Below are positions 22,566 to 32,900 of a DNA stretch of 64,000 bases, piece by piece; the stretch's first letter is position 1; each line of letters begins with the position of its first letter. Below the pieces are notes generated by a model. That model was given only the letters and a program-made list of their open reading frames with translations, searched no databases and was not told the origin of the DNA. The position numbers and the translations under genes are program-made. The DNA is from Antedon mediterranea (taxonomy: Eukaryota > Animalia > Echinodermata). The stretch is from positions 14,100,371-14,164,370 of the forward strand of contig NC_092678.1 of assembly GCF_964355755.1 (NCBI RefSeq), read 5' to 3'.

Positions 22566-23236
22566 GTAAGTCGAACGGATGGTATTTTGCACGCGGCGCC
22601 TCTTCTCTCCATAATTCTTCGAAGCGCGTACGTAGCGTGCCCTGGGAGCCCGGCCCGAATCGTAGACAGACCACCACAACAACTGGTATTCTGTACTCGA
22701 TTTCGAATCGTTGCAACGGCCACGGCCAACGGTGATCCGCATCCGACGGAATGCCACATTGGTTGATCGTACGTGTTGGTCAACAGCTGTACGATGATAT
22801 TGCGAATGCTATCTATTATCCAATGTTTATCGGTTGGCGTTGATGCTCTGTACTCACGTTCTACATCTGGTAAAAATGTCAAATTGAACATTTCTATTGC
22901 CTGTAAGAGAAACGTGTTCAATTGCGATATCTCTCGTTCTCGACCCAATTCAAATTGCGTGGCGGCCATCATTGCCGTTCTTGTGTAAGCCAGAATCGAT
23001 TGTTTTTGTCGTTGTTCGACCATATCTTGTACGGTTGCATCATTCATTTCCACCAACAACACTGTCTCTCTACCACACGTTCTCACAATCTTTTCGACAA
23101 TAGGTAATGCGGATGCGTTAATCTCGTCCGTTATAGCCGCCTTGTCTATAGCGCTCTTCCATTCGAAAAACATTCTTTGTCGTTCTTGTAGAAATTCCAG
23201 ATTGCAATACACGGGATGAAATGCATTCGTCAACAT
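22343..23236 (-). CDS. Hypothetical protein in terminase intron 2, overlapping exon 2 antisense
   Basis: 297-aa ATG ORF filling intron 2. The last ~70 codons overlap exon 2. Confidence 0.6.
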   Translation of the reverse strand: MLTNAFHPVYCNLEFLQERQRMFFEWKSAIDKAAITDEINASALPIVEKIVRTCGRETVLLVEMNDATVQDMVEQRQKQSILAYTRTAMMAATQFELGREREISQLNTFLLQAIEMFNLTFLPDVEREYRASTPTDKHWIIDSIRNIIVQLLTNTYDQPMWHSVGCGSPLAVAVATIRNRVQNTSCCGGLSTIRAGLPGHATYALRRIMERRGAACKIPSVRLTCLTSDVVNTPATNPMPDTSDGVGSTAINRPDEKPDLVVDLLSSENSLVSNLPEKSRSASKDGEQTGMPIHSSS

Positions 23237-23273
23237 TACGCTACCAATTGATTCTCTTTTTCCTTTTCTTTTT

Positions 23274-23276
<3 letters not shown>

Positions 23277-23337
<61 letters not shown>
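23277..23337. repeat. (TA)n microsatellite
   Basis: About 30 TA units, followed by a CT-rich run. Confidence 0.95.
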
Positions 23338-23338
<1 letters not shown>

Positions 23339-23455
23339 CTTTTTTGATACAGTTTCTCTCTCTCACTCTCTCTCTCTCTCCCTACTATACGTTGAGACGA
23401 ACAAAAGAAAAGAAAAGCATTTATTAATCGTAATAACCTTTATTTTACTACGCAG

Positions 23456-23989
23456 ATACTTGCTTTGAAACACCACGTTGCACATATGGATCGTATGGAT
23501 TCTTTACTGGACATGCACGCCCAACTAATAATAGACACGGTGAACAGGACATTGGCTACGTACAATCAGTTGACATTCATGCCAGTTCGTGTGTACGTAG
23601 AACGTAATACATCGCACGCACACGCCGCTCGCATGGCCAAGCAAGTAACGGATCGTTTTGCCGGTACGTCAGTAGACATATCTTTCGAAAAGGAGAGACG
23701 TCGAACGGACGGGCGTAGGTGTGTCGGAATTTGGACAAGAGACAAAGGAAATCTGGTACATTTGTCACAAATGTTGCTGGAGAACGATCGAGTCGTGTTT
23801 GCACAAGACATCGATGACGGACAGATGAGCATTTTACAGGATCAACTGTGTAACTTCAGAAGACTCGTAAAATCAGACGGTAAAATCACGATAAGTGGAA
23901 AGACGGCTGGTGTTCGTGATGATCTTGCCATGACGTTTATTTTGTGGTTGGCGTGGACTTGCTTTCTTTCTAATAAAGTTTATCAATAA
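23456..23989 (+). CDS. Terminase exon 3 (RNase H-like nuclease C-terminus)
   Basis: Acceptor TTTTACTACGCAG| gives ILALKH (cf. FALEH), then VYVERN (cf. AVEGN) and ISGKTAGVRDDLAM (cf. FSGK..DDL). AATAAA follows. Confidence 0.9.
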   Translation: MLALKHHVAHMDRMDSLLDMHAQLIIDTVNRTLATYNQLTFMPVRVYVERNTSHAHAARMAKQVTDRFAGTSVDISFEKERRRTDGRRCVGIWTRDKGNLVHLSQMLLENDRVVFAQDIDDGQMSILQDQLCNFRRLVKSDGKITISGKTAGVRDDLAMTFILWLAWTCFLSNKVYQ

Positions 23990-24069
23990 AAAAAAAAAAA
24001 AAAAACAGTTTCAACTTCCTTTCTTTTGTCTACTTCTCGAGTCTATTTGCTTTTAAAATCGATACATGT

Positions 24070-24726
24070 CTATGTTCGATATTTCAAGAAGCCGATTCCA
24101 GCCACAAACACAATTATCATCATCTTAATCATCAATTTCGATCGTACTCGTCGTGCTGAGGAGAAGGACGACGACGAGGAGGAGGTGGAGGACGTTCGTC
24201 GTTCGCGCACATTTACTGCAACAAACAGCTCAATACCTTTCTCCGTTAATCTTGGTGCAATAATCAACTTTTGAAAGTTGACGCCAAACTTTTTACGTAA
24301 CTTTGAGATTATGGCTGGTAACCAGAAAGAAGTGTGAACATAGAATTTATAATGTATAGTTTCTGGCGTTTCGTACGTACACTCGGCCATCTCTAATTCT
24401 TTAGTACCGTTCACACCCATCACCACCTCCTCTTCCTCCTCCTCCTCCTCATCGTCGTCATCGTCTTCTTCTTCTTCTTCTTCTTTTGAAGGTTCGATAT
24501 ATAAAATATATTTGATTTTCTTGTTTGTACTTTTTGGCATGGATACGTTAATCGAAATTCCAGCCGATTTGGTGACGGCATACAATTGCGTGAGATCGAT
24601 CTCTGTTCGACCGTCACCCGTCAGCGTTGCACCCCACAAGTCGTCCGTTATCAAGATAGGCTTTGACTTTTCGACAAGTCCACTAGGCAGACTATCCGTA
24701 AATCTTTTCCAATCATCAATCAACAT
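24070..24726 (-). CDS. Tail-anchored membrane protein
   Basis: Beta-rich domain, Ser linker, then one C-terminal hydrophobic helix (MMIIVFVAGIGFL) followed by KYRT. Confidence 0.6.
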   Translation of the reverse strand: MLIDDWKRFTDSLPSGLVEKSKPILITDDLWGATLTGDGRTEIDLTQLYAVTKSAGISINVSMPKSTNKKIKYILYIEPSKEEEEEEDDDDDEEEEEEEEVVMGVNGTKELEMAECTYETPETIHYKFYVHTSFWLPAIISKLRKKFGVNFQKLIIAPRLTEKGIELFVAVNVRERRTSSTSSSSSSFSSARRVRSKLMIKMMIIVFVAGIGFLKYRT

Positions 24727-24854
24727 TTTTGTGACCGCTGCTGCTGCTGCTGCTGCTGCTTCTGAAATGTGTGGTTATCGGCAACGAATACTCAAAGTAG
24801 TCAATTGTTTGAAAGTGAATCGAATCGGTGGAAATCACATCACCTCTGGCCAAA

Positions 24855-26341
24855 ATGAATCTTCTGGGCGGGAAAGTAATGCCTCTGACTACGGTCGATA
24901 GTAACGTGACCAAAAAGACTGTTGACAGCATTAGAGCATCCATTGATTCAGAGACTCGAGACGCTAACATGTTCCTCGACGCAAAAGACTATGCACAACA
25001 TGTGTTTGAAAAACGCAAAACATGCATGACGGCCGTCAATGAAGAGTTTAAGAACAAAACGTTTTATCTACTCGACGAAGAGCACGCCAAACTATTGCGT
25101 CGAACGTTCGATCAGTTGCCAATGTGCATGTGTATACTCAATAGACTGTGTGCATCCATCTCGGTAAAATCAATGTTTGAACATGGAATGCGTGCTAGTG
25201 CCGAAGCGATCGTTAGAACGCAGTGCACAACCGTCGAAATACCATCGCCGACTTCATGTACAGTTGCCGTCTTTTGTCAAACGTACAAGGAATCCATCGA
25301 ACGTTTCATACGCGACACCATTCGATGTATATGGATCTATGGATTTGTGGTGACGACGTGTGTCGATGGTCGTCCGGTTGCCGTCGACATGGACGAATGT
25401 TTAGTATTCAGAGACGACGAAGGTGATCTGTATGCTAGATCGATTAAAAGCCAATCTCGTTTGCGTGTCGTTGTCGTTCATCGGCCAGGCGTTGACGGTA
25501 GAATGCACAGCGCTCTATCAAATCTGCTCGCCAGCTGTGAAAACGTACGTCTCTTGACCGAATATCATTTGGCGGCCGTGCGCAATTCGGCCACGAACAT
25601 TATTGTGACCGGTCCTAAAATTCAATCGAAATCTAACGGCATGAATGATGGCGAAGATGACAACAACAACAACAACAACAACACAGAAGACTTGGTTACC
25701 GGAGCAGCCGTAGCGAATCTGATCAAAGCCAGAACCATGGGCGTTCCAATGGCAACTTCTCTACTGGACGACGTTAACAAAACGAGCACAGTAGACAAAA
25801 AAGAGAAACTTATCGGCGATCTAGTCAGATGCAGAAAGGAGAAGGAAAAGTTGAGAAAGAGTTTTCTTTTCGATAAAAGACGTGAACGACACTTGTTACC
25901 GGTTATGACGACCGAGGATGTTGGTGACGAGAGAAGTATGTTTGCGTCCAGATTGGATGTAAAAACTCAATCGGGACTCGAACAGGCATCCGCCTCTCTC
26001 GATGTTCTCGTCAGAAACGTTCTATTGGGATCAATACCGGTGTCAGGGGGAGGCGCCGGCAACGTTGCACGCCACGGAACAACGTCTGCGCTTCCAGCGA
26101 AAATGTTACAGCAGATTGTCAGCGATTGTTTGGCATCGTGGCAAGATTTCATCGTCAGTTCACTGCTCGACGATTGGTTGAAAGAATACGGCGTACCGCT
26201 GAAACCGTGGACAAAGAGAGCGTTTGAGGACATTGAAATGATGATGCCTCTTCTGCCCTACTTTCGATCAGGCTGTGGACGGCGTATGCTCGCCGAAATG
26301 CTCGACGTTTCTGAACATGATTTCACGTCAACTTTTCAGCT

Positions 26342-26381
<40 letters not shown>

Positions 26382-26390
26382 TCTTCTTGA
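24855..26390 (+). CDS. Putative portal protein
   Basis: ~510 aa next to the terminase. FIRDTIRCIWIYGFVV and RPGVDGRMHSALSNLL resemble portal wing/stem motifs, followed by long helices. Inference only. Confidence 0.45.
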
Positions 26391-27710
26391 TCGTCGAAAG
26401 AGAGAGAATCTGTGTTGTTTCTTTGTGGAATTCAAAACGGATGCATGCAGCACTGTCGGTCGCACTGTACCATCGGAAAAGAGAAGCGGTGCGCACGCAA
26501 CAATAGTACCGTGCTCGAGTTTTATTTTTCTGTTGACAATCTGTATTCGAAATTCGTCGACAGCAGCAGAAGAAGCAGCAGCAGCAGCAACAGACTGTTG
26601 GAAAACAAAAGTGTCTACAACGCCGTTACAGCCGATGCGTTGAACAGTGTTTTCGTGTTTCACCTCGCCTATCCATTCACCGGGCGTAGGATGCAATGGT
26701 GCCGTTGTTTTCACGAACCTTCCCGACGGTACGTGTACAGTGATGACGGTGTTGCCGTGGAACGCTACAATCGTGTTTGCGTCAAAGAACGAATGCACAC
26801 TGGTACGTTTCACATTCTTTTGCTTTTCGTTTTCGTCCATGGAAATTGGATGTCTGAGTAGGACGTTCCACGTTGTTCGGGTACGTCGCAACATCACCAG
26901 AAGATGATCACCCGCTTGATCCACGTACCATGCGCATAGGTCGCGGCCGTGTTGACACGTTGCGTGCGACGTGTACAATTCACCGCCGACGCCCGTATCC
27001 AATGACTGTTCCACGCTCCACGCACCACTATCCAAATCGAACGTTTCAAATTCTTTAGCTCCACCACCGCTTAGTATCAACAAATCTTTGTTCATTCTCG
27101 TCAGGCATACCGATTCGTCTGTACGCTTCGTTGTAGAGTTTTGCAATCTTACGAACGTTCCAACGATGGCATTGTATCGATGAAGACGCATCGTCGCGTT
27201 CTCCTCGTCTGCTGGAGATACTGTGTACGCCAGATTCCGAACTACGGTAGTTCGATAGAACGGTGCCGTCATGAACGAAGCGGTAACGTGTACGTATTCT
27301 TCCAGCTGCTGTTGTGGTATTGATGGTGGTGGAGGTGGCGTTGTTGTTCCGAAAGTGGCAATTTGTCGATGACTGTGACGAACACCCAACGCCGATTGCT
27401 CGTTCAATCGATGATGATGAAACACTTGTTTTACATAATGTCTCAAATCTTGAACCAGTTGATTGATGGAGGAGAGACGTACAAACGCGATTCTGTACAG
27501 CATTTCCGAATCGTTCAGTAATCTGCCTCGTATGAGTTTAACGAGAGCGTGTTGTTTTCTTGGATGTTCCGTTTTGCCGTTTTTGTTAATCCATGTGTGC
27601 ACAAGATGCCAAAGATACGATTCTGGCATATAGTACACACTGTCGTGCGATTTACTTCTGTCGGCTGATCGTGTCTGGCCGTATCCAGCCAGGTCATCAA
27701 CTCTTCCCAC
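26328..27710 (-). CDS. Hypothetical protein, beta-rich C-terminal region
   Basis: 460-aa ATG ORF. Confidence 0.7.
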
Positions 27711-28207
27711 TTGAGTTCCTGTTCGTGCAGTTTAATTTTGCCAAACGTTCTGCAAATGGCCGAGTCGACGACATTCGTCAACGACCAAGATGAAATTCTG
27801 TCGGCGGTTCTTCTGGCTTTCAGCAGATCGTGCATGCACATCTCGTACACGGCAGACGTAAACACGCAGATGGTGTCCTTGCAGCCAATCTTCTCGGCTA
27901 TACTCAAGCAAGAGATTCGATCCTGATAGGAAAGAGTGGCGACAAAGTATGAGTTTCTATTCGTGTTCATGAACGTCAACAACGCGTCAACAAGTTGATC
28001 GTTTGCCATTCCAATAATGTTTACGCACCCTTTAGGCTTTTTACTCTCATACGTGGGTATTATCCAAACCATAATCGTTTTGTCTTTCGATGTACATACT
28101 CGAATCTGTTCAGATCCTTTGTAGCCCAACGTTCTCGGTCGTTGACCGACGTATGCTAGATCTTCACGCGCTTTGTGATGATTGACAAGCAAACGTTTCT
28201 CTTCCAT
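27515..28207 (-). CDS. Hypothetical viral protein
   Basis: ORF from MEEKRLL, ~230 aa, overlapping the start of the next gene. Confidence 0.6.
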   Translation of the reverse strand: MEEKRLLVNHHKAREDLAYVGQRPRTLGYKGSEQIRVCTSKDKTIMVWIIPTYESKKPKGCVNIIGMANDQLVDALLTFMNTNRNSYFVATLSYQDRISCLSIAEKIGCKDTICVFTSAVYEMCMHDLLKARRTADRISSWSLTNVVDSAICRTFGKIKLHEQELKWEELMTWLDTARHDQPTEVNRTTVCTICQNRIFGILCTHGLTKTAKRNIQENNTLSLNSYEADY

Positions 28208-28271
28208 CTTGTTGTTAACGTCCCGGTTTTCTTTGTTTGTTTTCGTAAAACGCACACACACACAAATAATA

Positions 28272-29258
28272 ATGGTATCACGATTCCATCCTTACGCCGC
28301 CGGTGATGGTATTAGATGGTACACGGGCATACAGCCAAATTCACCGATCAAAGCGACAGAACGTCGTGGCGAGTACAGACTCGATGAGACAGACATGACG
28401 GCCGGTACGTCGCGTATACCAAATTTCGGCGATAGAAGAAACTTTATGTATCCAACGTCAACTCACGCACAAAAGGATACGGACGGTGTTCGTGACATAA
28501 CAACGTATCACGAATTCTTCAACAGATCCATTCAATTCAATCGAGGCGATATGCTGTTTCTTTACAACGGTCAAAGGAAAATGTCTACTGCAACACCGGC
28601 TCCTGTAAACTGTTACGCGTTACCCGAACCCAGTTTTAAAGCGAGTACGGACAAGGCAACGGTGCCGTTGCCTCACCTCCAAAACATCATCAAAGAAGAG
28701 GTTACACTCGACATCAACGACTGTTTCGATCGCGACGTGCCGCACAACGAATACATCAAAACGGTGTGTCAACGACGTGGATTCGACAGCTTTGGAGCCG
28801 TACTGGCACGCATGAAAACTCCTAGAGATTTCCTCTCTTACTTTCAGCCTATCGGCTATCAGCTTTCTTTCGGTGGCAATCAATGGTTTACGAACGAATC
28901 GTATCCGTGCATAACAACGCAACATTTCGGTAAGATGATTACAACACTGTCTGGAGTTCACGAATCGTGTCGATTGAATGCAAAAGCGGGTACTAAACTG
29001 TACTTGGCCGTAGGCATGCTACCCGGAGTAACCGACGCTCTTAACTATCCATATCCTTCGCTGTTTTTTAGCAACGATCATTATATTCCCAATCAACTAA
29101 AGTCTATGGGATTTGTTTGTCGATCGAGAAACGGTTGTGTGACGCCGTGTATGGTGAAAGCCATCGGAGAGTTTGCTACCGATTTCTACGGTAACGTTCG
29201 CAGTCCCAAGATTGAACTGTTTATGAACAGATACTTTCGACCGTATCACTTTTCTTGA
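28272..29258 (+). CDS. Putative capsid triplex subunit 1
   Basis: ~330 aa. RGDMLFLY, ITTQHFGK, AGTKLYLAV and KAIGEF resemble beta-tulip triplex motifs. Inference. Confidence 0.4.
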   Translation: MVSRFHPYAAGDGIRWYTGIQPNSPIKATERRGEYRLDETDMTAGTSRIPNFGDRRNFMYPTSTHAQKDTDGVRDITTYHEFFNRSIQFNRGDMLFLYNGQRKMSTATPAPVNCYALPEPSFKASTDKATVPLPHLQNIIKEEVTLDINDCFDRDVPHNEYIKTVCQRRGFDSFGAVLARMKTPRDFLSYFQPIGYQLSFGGNQWFTNESYPCITTQHFGKMITTLSGVHESCRLNAKAGTKLYLAVGMLPGVTDALNYPYPSLFFSNDHYIPNQLKSMGFVCRSRNGCVTPCMVKAIGEFATDFYGNVRSPKIELFMNRYFRPYHFS

Positions 29259-29336
29259 CGCGACACACACACACACACACACACACAATATAATAACGTG
29301 TCAGAGCAAAAAAAAAATCATTCAGATTCGTTCGGT

Positions 29337-29978
29337 ATGGGAAAGTCAAAGGATATGATTGCGGAATTGAAACAGGAACTTGAAGCTATGCAAGTTGATA
29401 AGTTGAGTATGTTACAAGAACAAGATCGACTGAGAGGAAGAGTAATCGCTGCCGAAAAGTACGCCAACTCGTTACCGCAAAACATGTACAAAGACTTGAC
29501 ACATGCCGCCATGGACGCGCATAGGGATGTGGTAAAGGAGGAGACACAACGATACGAGATAGACAGCCTAAAGGCAAGACTCGCTGAAATGACTGTGAAG
29601 TATGAACAGTTGCGAAGGAAACTGCCCGAAACTTTGGAATTATGTTCCAAATACAAGGGGGCGACCGAGATGATCAAACTTTTAAAAATTCAATGTGAAA
29701 TCAACAAACAAGACTTTATGAAGGAGCAAGCGGATCGTCAAATGTTGGCCAGAAGAGCAAACTTACCGTACAAACAAACCGTTACAGAAGTCATACGAAA
29801 GCTGAATCTATTGATCGGACAGGATTATGTTGATAGTGATCTTGAAACAGACTGTGCCGACGTCAATCAAATAGAAGCAAATGTTTGTCATGCAATTGAA
29901 CCGGTGCAGTTTCCTGAAGATCCATTACTAGACACGTGCGATCAACTGATGGCCGAATACGGAGCAACGGTGGTGTGA
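29337..29978 (+). CDS. Coiled-coil protein
   Basis: Heptad-rich ~210-aa ORF with AATAAA downstream. Confidence 0.65.
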   Translation: MGKSKDMIAELKQELEAMQVDKLSMLQEQDRLRGRVIAAEKYANSLPQNMYKDLTHAAMDAHRDVVKEETQRYEIDSLKARLAEMTVKYEQLRRKLPETLELCSKYKGATEMIKLLKIQCEINKQDFMKEQADRQMLARRANLPYKQTVTEVIRKLNLLIGQDYVDSDLETDCADVNQIEANVCHAIEPVQFPEDPLLDTCDQLMAEYGATVV

Positions 29979-30364
29979 AACAATTGTGTAAAATGTCATG
30001 TATAACATAAGAAAGTAAAAATAAATGCACCACAAACCTTAATGTCCTCTTCTTATTTCATTACTGTGCGCGTGTGTTTGTAATATCGATGACAGCTAGT
30101 AGTACTGTAAACGATACAAATAACAACGGCCAGAGAAGCAAAAACGTAAATTATCTGAGTGGACGTTGATGATGGTAACAAACTATGTAATACACATGAC
30201 CGACAAAAACGTAAGTGGTATTAAAAAAAAACCAGTAGTAACTACCGAATACTTAGTTGGTGCTCAAATACCGATGATGATGATGATAATAATTATAAAG
30301 AATTGGTTGAGGCACATACCAATTAAAAAATACACAACAATTGGTCTGCGTTTTCTCTTCACCT

Positions 30365-30727
30365 TTATTTTGAACGGTTTGTTTGTTGGCCTTCACTACA
30401 CTTAACTACAGTTAAAGCCGCTGATGAGCCCGCGACGACGTTGTTTCTTTCCAACGTAAGCAAACTCGTGAAACTGTGCTGCCGTGAGTTAACAAAATCT
30501 GCCCCATGTCGAATGGATTTTAATTTTCTGGTAGTTAGAACAACGATCGAATTGATCCAAGACGGATATCTGGATGGTTTTAGATGTTCAGTGCGTACAA
30601 ATTCATTTCCTTCACAACAGAGAAAAAATAAAACGATTTCAACTAACGTGCTTTCTGCATCTCGAGTACATTTTATTATGCGGTAGATTGTCTGTGTATG
30701 AATACAATGAATGTATATCGAACTCAT
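30365..30727 (-). CDS. Small hypothetical protein
   Basis: 120-aa ATG ORF in tandem with the upstream gene, ending near a minus-strand AATAAA. Confidence 0.4.
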   Translation of the reverse strand: MSSIYIHCIHTQTIYRIIKCTRDAESTLVEIVLFFLCCEGNEFVRTEHLKPSRYPSWINSIVVLTTRKLKSIRHGADFVNSRQHSFTSLLTLERNNVVAGSSAALTVVKCSEGQQTNRSK

Positions 30728-30752
30728 AGTATTGCAAGTGCTCGTGTGTAAA

Positions 30753-31199
30753 TTAAGCGTTTATTTGCTCAATCTCTTTGGCAAGTTTTTGTGTATCCTG
30801 ACACACGGTTCTATACGTTTTAAAATCACTCGGTGACGGTACTTCGTCTTCCATCATCACCGTATCCGCCATGAATCTCTTTAAACGTCTGCAAATCAAC
30901 AATTGCTCTTCACACACTCGACGATAGCTGGGTATAATGTGCTGATCGAAATGAAGACGAACCTCGTCCAACGTGATATCGTTCATTGATGTGTCTATTG
31001 TAGCTATGCTGGTTGTGATACTCTGAAGGATCTCTTTTTGATTTCTACCGCCGTACTTTTCGAATATGTGCTCACCGTGCAACACGGGATGATAGTTTTG
31101 TGAACTAGGATCATTGTTGCAAAATTGTCTCTGCTTACTGTCAACGTCATACGAGCACAGTCTACACCCTGCTGCCATCACGGATGTTTCATCATACAT
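30753..31199 (-). CDS. Small CxxC...HxxxH Zn-binding helical protein
   Basis: CRLC near the N-terminus and EVRLHFDQH, followed by helices. Confidence 0.6.
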   Translation of the reverse strand: MYDETSVMAAGCRLCSYDVDSKQRQFCNNDPSSQNYHPVLHGEHIFEKYGGRNQKEILQSITTSIATIDTSMNDITLDEVRLHFDQHIIPSYRRVCEEQLLICRRLKRFMADTVMMEDEVPSPSDFKTYRTVCQDTQKLAKEIEQINA

Positions 31200-31280
31200 A
31201 CACACACGCACACACACACACATATATAGTATGTATATTTTATTTTTGTCAAGCAAAACACTATGAAGGACCTATCGATA

Positions 31281-31500
31281 GATTTTCTTTTTTGCTACGA
31301 AGATCCGCACGGTCTTCTCGAGTTCGAGGACGATTTTCTTTTTTGCAACGAGGATGCGCACGGTCTTCTCGAGTTCGAGGACGATTTTCTTTTTTGCTAC
31401 GAGGATCCGCACGGTCTTCTTGAGTTCGAAGACGAATTTCTTTTTTGCTACGAGGATCCGCATTGTTTAGGGTACGAGGACGAATTTTCTATTTTGTTAC
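31281..31500. repeat. 51-bp tandem repeat, ~4 copies; may encode (DFLFCYEDPHGLLEFED)n in ORF 31263..31517
   Basis: GATTTTCTTTTTTGCTACGAGGATCCGCACGGTCTTCTCGAGTTCGAGGAC units at 31281, 31332, 31383 and 31434. Confidence 0.9.
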
Positions 31501-31519
31501 GAGGAGGCTATTTGTAGTA

Positions 31520-32841
31520 CAGTCAACTCTCCCAATACCGGACACCCTTGGGCGGGCATATATTTTCCGGTTTTTCGAAAGTCCGGTTTCCTGAAAACAT
31601 TTTTAAAGTCATCACGTTGTCACTGAAAATGCTTTGAATCACCGGTCCGAATGCTGCCCGGTACGGTCTCCTAGCGTAGGGAAGGCCTAGGCTATGATTG
31701 TGTCAATCTAGTTTTAATTAAATAAATACTGATAGGCCTAGGCCTACTTTATTAATATTAAGCTAATTCAATTTACCTTTTTTAAAAGTTACATTATTTA
31801 CTGTACAAATAAAACATGTTACAATAGTAAATTATTGTTTCTCAATGTGTTTTTAACGGCAAAAAGGCCTACGTACGTACGTACGGTGAACATATTTTAA
31901 ATCTGTTTATTGTTTTTCGTGAGCTACAGTAGCTAGCAGCAGCATGGTGGTGGGTGATAAGGGCTTTGATTGATGCGCATGTGCAGAGGTGTCATAACCA
32001 AATAAAAACGCCCACACCTAGACCACATGTTTTTTAAGCTCCTTTATTTTGACGTAATTTGATAGCAATGATGAAAATTGATTAGGTAAACGAGCCAAGC
32101 AATAATGACACAATAATTAATTGGTAACATTTCAAAGTTTATTAACACTAGTTAAGTCAAGTTCATTCCGTTTACGTTTTGCCATAATGATTTCCAAATT
32201 TATAATGATGCACATTTTTAGTGAAACATTCCTTTTTAAAGTCCTATTGCAATTGTGAATTTAACAATAATTTAAACAAAACAAAGACACAAAGTGGAAT
32301 GTAAATTGAACTTTATTAAAAAACAATTCATATGCTAAAAAACAGGGAGTTGTTAACAACTCCCTGCTAAAAACAATAGACATTAAGACATAGCGCTTCG
32401 ATGTGAAAAAGCCCACCGCAGTTCGATACGCAACAAAGCAATTGCCGCCTCGTGGGTTAACAATGAACTGACCCGTCAATCACAGTGTAGTGCTCCATGG
32501 CAACATTATTTGATCGTACCGCGAAACGTTGCGCACTTCATGCATGGTGAGGGTATGGTTAAAAGCTTTTGTACATTGTGAATGTATTGAATCCGAGTCA
32601 GCGACGACGATGTTGCGTTGTTTTCGTAAATATTTGGAGTTTTTTAACTGTCAGTCCGGTTTTCAGACGCTAATTTTCGTGTTTTGTACTTCATAATTTG
32701 TCCGGATTCCGGAATTGGGTATTCCGGTTTTCATAATAAATTACAGTACATTTAGAATAGGGACAAATTGGGCCCTCCAAAAAAGTCCGGTTTTTCGTGA
32801 ATTCCGGTTTTGGGAGAGTCCGGTATTGGGAGAGTTGACTG
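31520..32841. mobile_element. Non-autonomous Tc1/mariner-superfamily (pogo/Tigger-like) MITE, 1322 bp
   Basis: Perfect 24-bp TIRs CAGTCAACTCTCCCAATACCGGAC, TA duplication on both sides (31518-19, 32842-43), subterminal TCCGG repeats, AT-rich interior without a transposase ORF. Confidence 0.92.
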
Positions 32842-32900
32842 TACTTAAAAAGAGGCAATGAGATGACATTAGTTAGTTGATTACGCATCGTCGTATAGAG

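Noticed and set aside
22566-22766. C-terminal part of ORF 22023..22766 as coding
   Set aside because: Terminase similarity stops at the GTAAGT donor; the rest is intron read-through, antisense to another gene.
31281-31500. CRISPR array
   Set aside because: The tandem units are contiguous with no unique spacers, and the context is eukaryotic/viral.
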